Source: Octopus sinensis (Eukaryota). From it: DNA of 64,000 nucleotides. Position 1 is the stretch's first letter. Each line of letters starts with the position of its first letter. The stretch spans positions 1 through 64,000 of the forward strand of contig NW_021831992.1 of the NCBI RefSeq assembly GCF_006345805.1, written 5' to 3'. Of this stretch, positions 62,853 through 64,000 are shown piece after piece. The notes under the pieces are model-generated. The model saw nothing but the letters and a program-made list of their open reading frames with translations, was not told the DNA's origin and made no database searches. The position numbers and the translations under genes were made by a program.

Positions 62853-63957
62853 TATATTATAGGAGATAATGGTGTCATTGAAACCGAAAGGTGTCAGGTA
62901 ATGCTGAATAAGTGCTATAGACAGACCATAGTTAAGTTCCAGACTCGGTAATATTGCGAATAAAGGGTTCAACGTTGGTACTATGTCAGCGTGTGTATAT
63001 ATGAATTGTTTGCGTAATGAGATAAAAAAAAAACCAAGGCTGTATAGTTATTAGAGCATTTACAGATAGAATGTCTTACAGCTGTTTCTAGGATATTAAT
63101 TAACAATATCCCTTCATCGGAGACGGTGTGAGAGGAAAAATTAAGTCATAGTTAGTTTCTCATTACGCAAAATATTCATATGTTGTATGAGATTACCTTA
63201 GGTTTCGCGTCCATAAAGGTCCTGGCTTTATGGCGTATCGTCATATCCCCAAACCTGCTGGCGAAAGGCCTCTCTAGTGAGGGACTTTCTAGATTATGGA
63301 GGATGAAATGAGCTCGTTACTCAATGTCAACAAAGGGGATTGTCGCCCCTTCGCTATCAATTGCCGATGTCAAGAAGTATCGTCGCCAAAACAGGCTGAG
63401 TGTCCATTTAGCCGCGCCAAATCATCAGCAGTCACACAGCAACGCCTTATCGTTTCATTCTGAGGTGCAATGTGTCTCGAAAATAGACGGGATGGTTACG
63501 CTTGGAGTGATTCTGATCTTAGGTCTTCCTGATCTGAGTTATCTTGCGACTAAACAACAACAGCAACAACAACTACAATACCGTGTTTTAACTCAAAAAC
63601 ACCAACAATGGCCACCACCACTAGACAACAGCAAGAATATTAATCAAAAGCCAACCATTGAACCATCACCAAACCTTCAACACCGTCTTCGTCACCAACA
63701 CAAACTGTAAATTCAATGAACCCACCACCAACACCAGCAGCCGTTCAAGAATTTGGACCTGGATATCTCCATTTCCAGCGACTTCGAGGGCCACCTTCCA
63801 GCGGTGTCGGGCGTCAACGAAGAGCCCTCGACTACAAGACGACCAAAGTTTTTTTTTTCCAAAATCTGGGGTCTCTCGCCCCTAAGCCCTAGACCATCAC
63901 CTAATCACCCTTACTCGTCTTGTTGCTAAACAACAACAACCAACACCAGCAACAAGT

Positions 63958-64000
63958 GGGGGCGCAATGGCCCAGTGGTTAGGGCAGCGGACTCGCAGTC
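63958..64000 (+). mobile_element. tRNA-like head of SINE family D, cut by the window end
   Basis: GGGGGCGCAATGGCCCAGTGGTTAGGGCAGCGGACTCGC matches the head at 10937. Confidence 0.75.

Overview
AT-rich, very microsatellite-dense eukaryotic DNA, mostly intronic or intergenic. The SINE repertoire looks like an Octopus (cephalopod) genome; this is recalled family resemblance, not a database hit. Nearly all long ORFs in the supplied track are microsatellite artefacts. Supported content: dozens of tRNA-derived SINEs in about four families (arbitrary labels A-D), decayed DNA transposons (mariner, DD37D/maT, Tigger/pogo, hAT-like MITE), Helitron-like elements, 3' ends of R4/Dong-like and Tx1/L1-like LINEs, and a few small candidate + strand exons of an unidentified gene. 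The main unexplained signal is RNA structure. About ten recognisable type I hammerhead ribozyme motifs in several distinct families occur, many in short elements embedded in (TA)n tracts, as is known for Penelope-like elements and retrozymes. Highlights are a perfect 132-bp palindrome encoding the same hammerhead on both strands (62403-62534), a tandem pair of ~310-bp hammerhead units with non-LTR-retrozyme-like architecture (13985-15058), and a three-copy family with a non-canonical CUGUNGA core. Several other long, near-perfect inverted repeats are present. No Penelope RT or GIY-YIG ORF was seen. All folds were derived by hand.
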